A DNA stretch of 64,000 nt, counting the filler, from Octopus bimaculoides (Eukaryota), in NCBI RefSeq assembly GCF_001194135.2. It is 7 parts of 7 records of this genome, joined end to end, with 100 filler letters (N's around TTAATTAATTAA, not from the genome) between each part and the next. Parts side by side here need not be neighbours in the genome. Positions count along the whole stretch, not along the records: positions 11,928 to 21,882 come from NC_068989.1; positions 21,983 to 34,775 come from NC_069002.1; 5 more parts are not named here. One strand, written 5' to 3'. This document shows positions 11,928-23,580 of this stretch, one piece after another; within the stretch, counting starts at the first letter, position 1, and each line of letters begins with the position of its first letter. The position numbers and the translations under genes were made by a program. Under the pieces are notes generated by a model that searched no databases, was not told the origin of the DNA, and saw only the letters and a program-made list of their open reading frames with translations.

Positions 11928-12245
11928 ATGAGACGCATCTTTGCCTCCACTGATTCACTTGCAAAGTGTTGAGTAAAATTATTTCGTTGCAGACCTCCTT
12001 TGGGTCTTTTTATTATCACTACGACACACATAGTCCCCAGTTGGTAACATTGATTTCAAGGCCCTCCTAGATGAGAGACTGGCATTCCACTTAATGTCTA
12101 TGTTCCATGCTGGCATGGATTGGAGAGTTATTAATGTAGAAATATAGTATCGTAGCTACTAACAGTTGAGGGTTGCGTAGTCTAGACGGCGTTTTTAGAT
12201 TTCATTATTCTCTTTAACCCGGGCAAAGCCGGGTATTTCTGCTAG
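11928..12245 (+). mobile_element. Helitron-like element, 3' end (5' end lost in gap)
   Basis: Hairpin acccgg-gcaaag-ccgggt (12217-12234), then CTAG at 12242-12245 and T at 12246, which is the canonical Helitron 3' terminus. The left boundary is uncertain. Confidence 0.6.
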
Positions 12246-12477
12246 TATAATATAAATAGTGAAATGAAATGAAGTATTGAATGTCTTATTGAATATATGA
12301 AATATGGAGTATTAAATATAGAGTATAAAATATATAAGGACAGTACATCTGATGACTGCCATGAGGTAGAAAAGTATACTAGTCCTTATATATTTTATAC
12401 TCTATATTTAATACTCAATATTTCATACATTCAATAAGACATTCACTACTTCATTTCATTTTACTATTCATATTATA
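12246..12477. repeat. Long AT-rich inverted repeat (~95-bp arms) with a hammerhead-like core in the spacer
   Basis: 12246-12341 is the near reverse complement of 12382-12477. The spacer holds CTGATGA-ctgcc-atga-ggtag-AAAA-gtatac-TA-gtcc. Confidence 0.8.
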
Positions 12478-12641
12478 TATTCCACATTAATATTATATTT
12501 ATATTCTATATCCCACATTAATTTTATAAGAATATAAATGAAACATAAAAAACAGAGTTGGAACTCTTTTAAATAATATATTCCTCTATACACGATCATA
12601 CAAAACCCTTTTTTATATTTTTTAATATTTAAAAATTTTTT

Positions 12642-12707
<66 letters not shown>

Positions 12708-12835
12708 GTATATGTATAACAGAAAATAAAATGACAAAGAAATAAATGATTATTTTATGAACTTCATTAGCTTACAGCTGTTTCTGCTATAAGATGCAGG
12801 GGAACTATAGTTGAGTGACTGAGTAACACTTTATA

Positions 12836-13262
12836 CAAGGAGGTACCCCCAAAACCCGGAATTTTGCAATATCATTTTATTCACCTAGTTTTTCATGTTT
12901 AGACTTCTATCGCCTTCAAAGTATTCTCCATTTGAAGCGATGAATCGGTCCAGATGCATTTTCCACTGCTCGAAGCAGTGTTGGAACACTCGTGAAGTGA
13001 TGTCTTTTAACGCTCCCATCGTTTTTTTTCACCTGTTTCACATTTACAAATTCCATAGCACCAGCTTTCGTTACCAGTGATGACCTTTGTAAACTTGTAT
13101 TTTGCTAATGGCAGCGGCCTTGTAAGCTGCTTGAAGTATAACGACTGTTTCGGCTACCGTTTTCCCCAGCAGAAAACAGAATTTCACAGAAGCACGCTGT
13201 TCCTTCGTTTCAGCCATCGCAAAATCGATGAACAGGGGAGAAGCATTGCAAAACAAAGACAC
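12836..13262 (-). mobile_element. Internally deleted mariner transposon relic
   Basis: Minus strand N-terminus MAETKEQRASVKFCFLLGKTVAETVVILQAAY (ATG at 13217) and C-terminus VFQHCFEQWKMHLDRFIASNGEYFEGD (stop 12885-12887). TA plus TIR-like caaggaggtacccccaaaacccgg at left; the right end is interrupted by a SINE. Confidence 0.85.
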
Positions 13263-13528
13263 ACCACGTGGCAGTACGACTAATGTCTATGTAGCTGAGC
13301 GCTCTATAGACACGCGTTCCCTTAACGCAGTTCACAAGGAGATTCGGTGTGACACATAGTGTGACAATGCTAGTCCCTTTGAAATACAAGTGCAACTCAT
13401 TTTTCCCAGCTGAGTGGACTGGAGCAACGTGAAACGAAGTGTCTTTCTCAAGGACACAATGCGCGGCTAGGATCGAACTCACAGCCTTACGATCGTGAGC
13501 CGAATACCCCTAAACACTAAACCACGTG
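13263..13528 (-). mobile_element. tRNA-derived SINE group C (head type 1)
   Basis: The reverse complement shows A-box tggtttagtgtttagg, B-box gagttcgatcc, tgtgtccttgagaaagacactt, then a tail tcaaagggactagcattgtcacact shared with 52867 and 55144. Confidence 0.8.
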
Positions 13529-13537
13529 ACTTCACAA

Positions 13538-13574
<37 letters not shown>

Positions 13575-13613
13575 GCTTATTTCTCTCTCTCTCTTCCTCC
13601 CTCTCTTTCTCCC

Positions 13614-13661
<48 letters not shown>

Positions 13662-13967
13662 AAATACACACACAAAATCTGTATATTGGTAAAAAGCGAA
13701 CAAAAAACAAAACTTAGAGCAAAAGGTCGGAAGAAGAATTACCGTGAAAAGGTGAATTAGATCAGTAGAAAAAAAAAATATATATAAGAATAATAAAATA
13801 CTGATAAAAAGTGATAGTAACAGTCATCAAACAGCAACAACAACAGTAATGATGATAATAATAATAATAATGATAATAATAATAATGATAATAATAATAA
13901 TGATAATATATAGATTGCAATATTATTCAGTAGAAAGTAGTGTATAAATGCTATAAGGTATTAAGTA

Positions 13968-14023
<56 letters not shown>

Positions 14024-14433
14024 TTTATTGTAATGATAAACGACGAAGTGATAATGGACAAATGAGGGAAAGAATAATTAAAATAACAGTAATGGATGTA
14101 ATAGAAAGTGGAGAATATAAACAAGTTCTGGGAAAATCATTATAGTAGAGGAAAGGCTATGATGTACTAGAAAGACTAAGAGAACTAAATGGGAGAAACA
14201 GAGAAATAGGATGGAGGTGGAGAGTATTTCTCAATTCTTATATAAATGAGGACTAATATATGGCGTCAAAAAGGAGCAAAGATCTGATTAGAGGCCAACT
14301 AATCGACTCCAGTAATAATTTTTAAGTACTGGTACTTGTTATGTAGGTCTCTTTTGCCGAACCCCTAAATTATGGGAATCTTAGCAAATCAACACCGGTT
14401 GTCAAGCGGTGTTGAGGACAAATAACACAAACA

Positions 14434-14529
<96 letters not shown>

Positions 14530-14537
14530 CACATAAA

Positions 14538-14770
14538 AGGCGGCGAGCTGGCAGAAACGTTAGCACGCCGGGCGAAATGCTTAGCGGTATTTCGTCTGCC
14601 GCTACGTTCTGAGTTCAAATTCTGCCGAGGTCGACTTTGCCTTTCATCCTTTCGGGGTCAATTAAATAAGTATCAGTTACGCACTGGGGTCGATATAATC
14701 AACTTAATCTGTTTGTCTGTCCATGTTTGTTCCCTCTGTGTGTAGCCCCTTGTGGTTAGTAAAGAAATAA
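14538..14770 (+). mobile_element. SINE group A, full length, tail type i
   Basis: ggcggcgagctggcagaaacgttagcac (A-box-like), gagttcaaattc (B-box-like), tail ctgtccatgtttgttccctctgtgtgtagccccttgtggttagtaaagaaata. Confidence 0.9.
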
Positions 14771-14863
14771 CACACACATGGACACATAATACACACACAT
14801 GCACATACACGCACAAATGCGCGCGCGCACACACACAAACGCGCATACACACACACACACATA

Positions 14864-15081
14864 TGAGGGATGCTGAAAAGTTCCTGGCTTTGGGTAAAAG
14901 AAAATCCAGGAAGATAAGCTAATTGTGATTTTATCCAACATATTCATCTCCCAGATTCATACACTTATTGAAGCAATCCTTCAGTTTTTCTAAGCCCCCG
15001 TAAAAAGAACTTGGAGGGTTAGGTCTCCAACCAGGCCTATCGCGATACCCTTAATGCCGGGAACTTTTCAGTACCACCTCG
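14864..15081 (-). mobile_element. mariner-derived MITE, same family as 9677-9896
   Basis: TA-flanked TIRs tgagggatgctgaaaagttcc / gggaacttttcagtaccacctcg; the interior is the reverse complement of the 9677 copy. Confidence 0.85.
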
Positions 15082-16036
15082 TATATCTGTATAAGAAAGC
15101 CTTCTACGCATTTGTCGTCCACCAAATCCACTTACAATCATTGGTCTTAAAGCCAGGAACTTTTCAGCAGCTCTTCCTATATCTACTCACAATCATTAAT
15201 CGACCCGTGATTAATGATTTTCAAAAAATCTCAGCAGCATACGCAAAAGGTGCCAGAAGAAGTAAAGAAAAGCTGAATGTATTTCGAATCCCCAAATCAC
15301 AGGTGTCTATACCTTTCTTCATATAGTAGAAGACACACACTTAAGATCCCACACAATGGGACTGAACCTAAGACAACATGGTTGGGAAGCAAGCTTCTTT
15401 CCCACTGCTCCTAGCTATGTATCAATAAAAATCAGAAAGAATTTCAACGCTACTATAAAAGTTATCCTATTATAAACCGATCCTTTCAAAGCTTTGTTAT
15501 CATTTAGTGCTTAAATCTCTCTGTCTTTCTGCCTTACTCTCTATATATTCTTTTCCTCTACGTCTCCTTTATCTAAATCTCCCTGAGCCCACATAATTTT
15601 TTTCTCTATTTTCAAATATATCCTTTATATTTCGAAACTCACAAACAGAAAACGCCGTGGTGTTGACGTTACTTATCTCTAATCCATCCCCTTGAATTCT
15701 AGATAGTTTTGTATGCAGACTCACTGGAACGAAACATGTGGCCGTTTGTTTCGAATCATTAAAATAAATAAAATTTTGTTCGCCTTTTAACTACGCTTTG
15801 AGTCTTCTGCTTGATAGAGGGTACTAGCGCTTCTCTCTTCCTCCTCTCTCTACCTTACACACACACACACACACATACACACACACACACACACGCACAC
15901 ACGCACGCACACACACACACACATACACACACGCACACACACACATGCACGCACACGCACGCACGCACGCACACACATATATGTGCACATACTCGCATAT
16001 ACAATTACACACATACATATAAATCTNNNNNNNNNN

Positions 16037-16113
<77 letters not shown>

Positions 16114-16884
16114 CATTATTCAGTGTATTTCAAGATTTCTTGCTAATAGAGAAAGAACCGGTTCATTGGAATTTCAATCTCAACGATAGGGTATGTATGT
16201 ATGTATGTATGTATGTATGTATGTATGTATGTATGTATGTATGTATGTATGTACGCACGCACACACACACACAGACACAAACACACACAGACACACACGC
16301 ACACAGACACAAACACACACACATACACACAAACATCTTCGATAAAACCCCTTAGAAATGTTTGAAAATAATGCTGGGTCCTGATTGGATAACGTGGGAT
16401 GCAATTCATCATATTTTTATATTTTGAATGTCAGTGTTTTAGTGAATACTAAATCTTTGGTATTGTTATTAAAGTGCATGAAAATATAAGAAATAATATT
16501 TCTTTATCAGACAAATAAAATATTTATAATAAAAATGTGATAAACATTATAAATGTGTGAAAGTATAAAATGTTATAAATTTGTAAAATCATAAAAATAT
16601 CTCTTCTGGTTCTCCATATTCACACATGTAAGCATAAACATACGCACGACACATACATATGCTGCCGTACGAATATATCTATACGCATATATTCTTTTAC
16701 ATAGATGCACACTCAGTGAAGAACTAAACCCCGTTCGTGTAGTAAACTGATAAAATGATGCATATTAAAATGACATGGAAGAATGAGATAAGTGACATTA
16801 AGGTGGTGGATCAATGAAATGAGTTTGATGGTCGATGGATAAGAAATATGAAGAAATAGTTAAGAAATGTTAAAAGCTGACATA

Positions 16885-16953
<69 letters not shown>

Positions 16954-17329
16954 TTCTGTATCTGGTGATGAAAACATACGTAATAAAAAATGTGTGATAA
17001 GAAATTATAACTTTATAAAAACATTAAAAAAACTATAAATTTATAAACTATAGAATTTGGAAAATGTAGTAAAAGAAATTAAAATTGATTAAAAAATAGA
17101 TTGAATATAAATGAATTAACACGGTTAAGGTAAAACAAAGCAAAGTCGATATAAAATCAATTAAAAATAGCATAAGGCAAAACGGAGTGAACTGAAATAA
17201 AGTAAAATAAACTAGCTTTGAGCATTGATCAAGCTGTTGAAGCATTTCGAAAGGAGTGTCGCTTGGATGTTTTTTTTGCCACTTCTGGTGCAGGACAAGC
17301 AAATGCGATAAGAATCCTTCTGAAAGGAA

Positions 17330-17700
17330 TACAAACGATTACAACCGAAATTCAAATGCTGTACCTCTGTAGCTGTGTTAATTCTAGTGAAGACCGTGGT
17401 TTATTTCTCTAAAATTCACTTGAGCGACAAATCTACATTGAAGCTCTACATCGGACCCATGATGTATAGATTCAAATAGAAAATTTAGCCACAAATTCGT
17501 TAATGACCAATAAAGTTGTGCAACTACTTTCTCACGCTATGTATGGCAAAATAAATAAATAATCGATCACTCATTCAGAATTACATGGTCCATCACAAGC
17601 TATAAAAAAACTATATTGCTATAGAAACTTCATGACTTGGTTCCATTGCCAGTTATACCTAATTGAGAAAATGATGATCCATCGATCCATCTTTTCTGCC
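17330..17700 (+). mobile_element. Decayed Penelope-like element, GIY-YIG endonuclease region
   Basis: Across frameshifts: KTVVYFSKIHLSDKSTLKLYIG, KFSHKFVNDQ and ATTFSRYVWQNK*IIDHSFRITWSI. These resemble the VY..YIG, NH..F and TTLSKYIW..W.I blocks of PLE endonucleases. Confidence 0.5.
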
Positions 17701-18260
17701 TATTATTATTCCTTGGGGGTAGAGTCCTCAGATACTTCCTCTATTGGGGCCTATCAGAAGAAACCGTCATTACATTTTTCGGCTGGGTTCTCAAGTGTGG
17801 CTGTTCTACCCCTAAATCTCCCGCCGTTGGCTTGGCTTGAAGAATCTGTCTAGCGACATTTTCCTGCGACATTTTGCTTTAATACTTTTAAAAAATTTCC
17901 ATAATTCATAATTCTACAACTTATATAAACTACCTCCACATATAATACTGTTTTTGCTTTTGTTTAGATAAAGCACAAAGGCTTTACAGTCAGCATTGTT
18001 AACTTGTCTAAACTTACATTCGGTTTCTTTTCCCATGTAGTCAAGCAACACATCCTTGTTTTAATTCGTTACTGTTTGATTATCAGATCAATGTTCTATT
18101 AATGCCATTTCTTCTTGCTTCATTTCAATTCACTTGACTTCACCGCAAATTATTTTTAATTCACTCTTAAAACAATTTACTTTGTCTTACATTAAATATT
18201 TTAATTAATTTCGTTTCTAATCAATTTAAAATAAATTTTGATCTAGTACTCTTTAAAAAA

Positions 18261-18885
18261 CGTCTGTAATTTATAATTTTACAAATTTGTTTTTAGATAT
18301 TTTTATGAATATATATTTTATAAATTTATGAATCTATATTTTGTATGTTTTTTTTGCCACACATTTATATTATTTAAAATTTTGTCATAAAGAGCTGGTA
18401 GAATCGTTAGTGTCGGACAAAATGTATAGTGCTATTTCTTCCGGTTCTTTACGTTCTGAGTTCAAATCCTGTTGAGGTCAACTTTGCGTTTTATCCTTCC
18501 GATGAAATAGAGTCAGTCAAATACTGGGTCTATGTAATCGACTATACTCCTGCTAAAATTACTGGCTTTGTGCCAAAAATTAAGACATAATTGCCGTAGT
18601 TCGTCTCCTTGACAGAGCTGCAGTCCTGCGGAAAAAAAAGAACGAGATTGGGAACCTGGCACCTAGATATTATAAGGCGTTCACAGTCCTCAGTCGGGTA
18701 ATGGGAGCAGTGGAAGTTCCATTTTAGCAATATATAAGCGATTAATGGAGGGGAAGTGCGACAACGTACTTAGGGAGACTCTGTGTGGTAAAAAAATATA
18801 CAAAATATAGATTCATAAATTTATAAAATATATATTCATAAAAATATCTAAAAACATAAATTTGTAAAATTATAAATTATAGACG
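18261..18885. repeat. ~100-bp AT-rich inverted repeat pair (18261-18362 / 18783-18885) enclosing a SINE A copy (~18390-18590)
   Basis: cgtctgtaatttataattttacaaatttg...gccacac is the near reverse complement of gtgtggtaaaaaaatatacaaaatatag...ttatagacg. No TSD seen. Confidence 0.8.
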
Positions 18886-19259
18886 CTCCAGATAATGTGC
18901 TGCCAGTCGGGCTTGTCCAAGGTGTGTGCCTATCGCAGAAAGGGTTCTTCTTCTTCTTCTTCTTCTTCTTCTTCTTCTTCTTCTTCTTCTTCTTCTTCTT
19001 CTTCTTCTTCTTCTTCTTCTTCTTCTTCTTCTTCCAGTTTTGTTTCCATTTCTTGCAGAGTGTATTCCTGACACTAGGGCAAAGAAACTCACTGCATACA
19101 TTGGCAGGCCATTAAAATAAACACACCAGATTGTTAATTTATTTAGTCATGTGATAGAAAAAAAAAGGGAGAAGAAAGACAGAGAGAAAAAGGAAAGAAG
19201 AAAAAAGAAAAAAATGAAAAAGAAAACACAGAAAATAAAGGTGCAAAGGGAAAGAAAAT

Positions 19260-20048
19260 TTACAGTGACAATGCTCTTCTCAATTCCAGTTAAGATAACC
19301 TTTTGCACTTCCTGCATGGATGGTAAACCAGGGATCATCCTCAAATAATTTTCGGTTCCTTTTTTGATCATTTCAAGAGCTCCTACAGTCATTGATATTC
19401 TAACCGTCTTGAGATGCCACATTTTCTCGATTTTTATCAGCAAGCAAAATCTTTATATTTTCTGAGCTTATCAATGTATGCTCGGTCATTCACAACATGT
19501 TACATTTTCTCCCTCAGTTATAGCCTGAGGGTGGCGCTTGTACCATTTGTCAGCAGTTTTGATTTTATAATGCCGACATTTTATGATCCAGTGTAGATAT
19601 TGGCCAAATCTGTCATGTCTTGATTCGCATTTTGCAGGTGCTAAAACCGTGCATCCAGAGATTAGGTGGTCCACTGTTTCAATTTTATCCTTGCAGTATC
19701 GGTACTTTGGGTCTACCCCATTTTTCATCACATAGGCTTGGTAGTTCCGGGTCAATAAGCTTTGATCTTGAGCAGATAAGATAAAGCCTTCGCTCGCTGC
19801 ATTTAGCCCCAAATTCCGTAGCCACTGGTGGGTGTGCTTCTGGTCTACAACAGCTTGTTTGCTACGGGCCGCATATTTACCAGAGGTTTTTGTCCTCCCT
19901 TATCAGCTAATTGTTCAAACGCTTTTTACTTTGCCATTGAGTTCACCTTCTTTGTAACAACAGTTGCCGCACTTCCATCATGCTGTTCAACCTAACAACT
20001 CACTAGCAAAGTTTTTGCTCTCCTTCGTGACAGAATGAAGCTTCTTAC
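19260..20048 (-). mobile_element. R4/Dong-type RLE LINE, 3' portion (family D2), degenerate
   Basis: SEGFILSAQDQSL, CCHC-like YRYCKDKIETVDHLISGC, RHD, and EKMWHLKT..VGALEMIKKG..EVQK. Confidence 0.85.
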
Positions 20049-20225
20049 GTCACTTGCAGGGTCGAAAAGTCATCCAGGTTCTGAATACGAATCTAGTTGG
20101 TCACTTGAACGGGAACTGGACCAACTCGAGCCCTCCAGGTCCACCACCACAGCCACCACAGAAAGAAGAATGTAAGAAGATCAAATGGACTCGAGGAAAG
20201 TATACAGAAGTAATATACGCTTATT
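20049..20225 (+). mobile_element. N-terminal fragment of an R4/Dong-type ORF, inverted relative to the adjacent 3' portion
   Basis: KKIKWTRGKYTEVIYAYY resembles the KWT..E...V..YY N-terminal motif of R4-type ORFs; it runs directly into (TAT/CAT)n. Confidence 0.55.
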
Positions 20226-20228
20226 ATT

Positions 20229-20268
<40 letters not shown>

Positions 20269-20274
20269 ACATCA

Positions 20275-20318
<44 letters not shown>

Positions 20319-20337
20319 NNNNNNNNNNTCAACATCA

Positions 20338-20399
<62 letters not shown>

Positions 20400-20401
<2 letters not shown>

Positions 20402-20620
20402 GGCGGTGAGCTGGCAGAATCATTATCACGCCGAACAAAATGCTTAGTGACATTTCGTCTGTCTTCACGTTCTGAGTTCAAATTCCATCGGAGTCGACTT
20501 TACCATTCTTCCTTTCGGGGTCAATAAAATAAGTACCAGTCAAGTACTGGGATCCATCTAATCGACTTACCCCCTACCAAAAAATTTCAAGACATCTGCG
20601 TATAATGGAAAGGATTATCA
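20400..20620 (+). mobile_element. SINE group A, tail type ii
   Basis: ggcggtgagctggcagaatc...gagttcaaattcc...aatggaaaggattatcatt; preceded by (TAT)n. Confidence 0.85.
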
Positions 20621-21159
20621 TTATATCAGCTTCAAAATCCCTCAGTTATTTTCACTTATACTTTGTTCATTGGCCATCCAACTAATTTCATTGCCCCATC
20701 GTCTTAATGTAACTTATATCAATCCTTTCAACTTCGGTAGGAAGAATGATATTATTTTTTAATGCTTTTATTCATCAATTTTAGACATTTTTATCCTGCC
20801 AGCAGCAGTAGAGAGATTATTTCATGCAAAAACCAAATATTTCTCTTTTATTTGTAACAGTTGTTGTTCTAGACGGGTAAATTCCAGTGCGGTAAATTTT
20901 AGTGTACACATCTCACTATGGCATTTCATTTTAGTCCACGAATAAGGTTAAAAGATGAAGTTAAAGTGAAAGAGATACAGAATATAAGAGAAATATAGTA
21001 GGAAAGATGGTAGACGAAAGATAGATAATATAAAAAATACCGAAAAGTATAATATAACTGCAATTAAAAAATCCAATTTTGTTTTTGCCAATAATCGTAT
21101 TCCTAAAAAATTAACTCAGAGTTTATTGGTTAGAGATACACGAGTTCATATCATACAAT

Positions 21160-21813
21160 TGTAACGCAGACATCTAAGGACATGTATCGAGAGTAATAAA
21201 AATCGAACATCCAGTCAACGTCACGGTGTTTGGGGTGATCACTAGTGATAGCGACGTTATGCCTCCATTTATCTTTCCACACGGCCTCACACTCAACACG
21301 GAGGCCTATATCAAGTACCCAGAGGTGGTAGTGCTGCCCTGATCAAGAAGGTGGCTGATGGAAGACCCTATGTCTGAAAACAGGACTCTTGCATCAAGCG
21401 ACACAAACAAGAGAACCCAGTCATGGCTGTCAGACAATTTCTGCAACCACATCACCCCTAACATTTGGCCACCTAACTCCCTAGACTGCGACCCCCATGA
21501 TTATCATATGTGGAGAACAGTTGAGTGAGAGACTAACAAAACTCCTTGTAACACCAAAGATGAACCGAAGGCAAGGATTATGGTGGCATTCACCAACTTA
21601 AACAGAGACCGTCCTGAAAAGTTGCAGATTATAAAGTCGTCTGGAGGCTGTGGTTGAAGCCAATGGCGATTTTATTGACTAAATTTACTTTTTAGTATTT
21701 CGATATATATTTATGGTAAATATATAGTTTGGTAAATATATCTGTTAAAATGCAATGTCAGTGTTATTTTCATTTTTGCGCAATTTAGACGACAATTTAT
21801 TCACCGCACCCTG
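21160..21813 (+). mobile_element. Tc1/mariner DD37D (maT-type) transposon, 3' half with right TIR
   Basis: HPVNVTVFGVITSDSDVMPPFIF, then QDS...WPPNSLDCDPHD with 37 residues between the 2nd and 3rd Asp after correcting one extra T, then SRLEAVVEANGDFID*. Ends ttcaccgcaccctg plus TA. Confidence 0.85.
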
Positions 21814-21982
21814 TATGTATGTATGTATGTATGTATGTATGTATGTATGTATGTATGTATATATATGTATGTATGTATATATNNNNNNNNNNNNNNNNNN
21901 NNNNNNNNNNNNNNNNNNNNNNNNNNTTAATTAATTAANNNNNNNNNNNNNNNNNNNNNNNNNNNNNNNNNNNNNNNNNNNN

Positions 21983-22270
21983 TGATTACTACCTAGCTCA
22001 GATACCAGGAAACCCCAAAATGGCTGAAGTCCAAAAGATAGTGCTCATGGGAACTGCCCATATCCTACGTAAAATACTGTCTATGTGATCTCAAATTTTA
22101 AAGCAAACATAATTTTCTTATGGTTTCTTAAACATTCACTTGAACAAAACTGTACAAATCCAAATATATGGTACCCTAGGCATAACACCTACATGAACTT
22201 CTAACTTGTTGTCTCTTGAGGTCTCTGGGTGAGACTTGGATCCAACTTGTACAAATGCAAAACAAAAGTC
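21983..22270 (+). mobile_element. R4/Dong-type LINE 3' end (ORF end plus 3' UTR), followed by (TAA)n
   Basis: MAEVQKIVLMGTAHILRKILSM*. Confidence 0.75.
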
Positions 22271-22280
22271 AAACATAAAA

Positions 22281-23425
22281 TAATAATAATAATAATAATA
22301 AGCATGCTGAAACTTGTTGAAAAACAGCAAAGACCGAAAAAAAAACTACAATCTATTCTGAAAGAGAGCAAAAAATTTGCTACTGATCACTTAGATACCC
22401 ACCAGCTTGATCAGGCTGAAGGAAATGTGCCAACTACTGCTGCAAAGAGAATAAAAGTAATTGCAAAGACAAAAGCACATGAAAAATTAGCTAGCAGATG
22501 GGAACAGAATCCTCTGCATGGCAAGTATGTAGCCGGTAGCAAACAAGCTGATGTCGACCAGAAACACACCCATCAATGGTTACGAAGCTAAGGACTAAAA
22601 GCAGAGAGTGAAGGTTTCATATTGGCTGCTCAAGACCAAAGCTTATTAACCCGGAACTACCAAGCCAATGTGATAAAAAAATGGAGCTGACCCAAAATGC
22701 CGATTCTGTAACGATGCGATTGAAACTATAGACCACCTAATCTCAGGGTGTAGATTCTTAGTACCTGTAGAATATAAAGCAAGATATGACAGACTTGGCC
22801 AGTATTTACACTGGACAATATGTCGGTATTATAAAATCAAAACCGCTGACAAATGGTATAAACACCATCCTGAAGCTGTGACTGAGTGAGAAAATGTATC
22901 GATTCTCTGGGACTTCCCCGTACATACTGACAAGGCTATAAAAGCTAATAAACCGGATATTATGATAAAAGATCAGACAAAGAAGACGTGTTTATTAATT
23001 GACATGAGTATTCCCTCTGATCATAATATAGCGGCGAAAGAATTTGACAAGATCAGTAAATATAAAGACTTGCTAATAGAAATTGAAAAAATGTGGCACC
23101 TCAAGGCGACTACCATACCAGTGATTGTAGGATCTCTAGGAATGATAAAAAAAGGTACTGAAATCTATTTGAAAATGATACCAGGCTTACCATCCCTACA
23201 GGAAGTGCAAAAAATCGTGCTAACTGGAACGACTTATGTACTGAGAAGAGCATTATCGCTGTGAAAACAACATCCATTCATGTATTTATTTATTAATTTT
23301 TTAAAAATGCATATTTTACTTGTGAATTTGCGTGTGTAAACTGGGGATGCATACAATGAGCTTCTCTGCCCTAGGTATACGGAAAACACTCGGCGAGAAA
23401 TGGAAGAAAATTTGAAGAAAGAAGA

Positions 23426-23427
<2 letters not shown>
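22281..23427 (+). mobile_element. R4/Dong-type LINE, 5'-truncated (family D2), flanked by (TAA)n and (CAA)n(TAA)n
   Basis: WEQNPLHGKY, CRFCNDAIETIDHLISGC, RLE motifs KPDIMIKD..LLIDMSIPSD..KEFDKISKY, VQKIVLTGT. Contains stops and frameshifts. Confidence 0.9.
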
Positions 23428-23483
<56 letters not shown>

Positions 23484-23504
23484 AACAACAACAACAACAA
23501 CAAC

Positions 23505-23580
<76 letters not shown>

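Noticed and set aside
17218-17412. LSIDQAVEAFRK resembling the piggyBac SIDE motif
   Set aside because: No further piggyBac motifs, TIRs or TTAA ends; the adjacent sequence fits a PLE endonuclease better.
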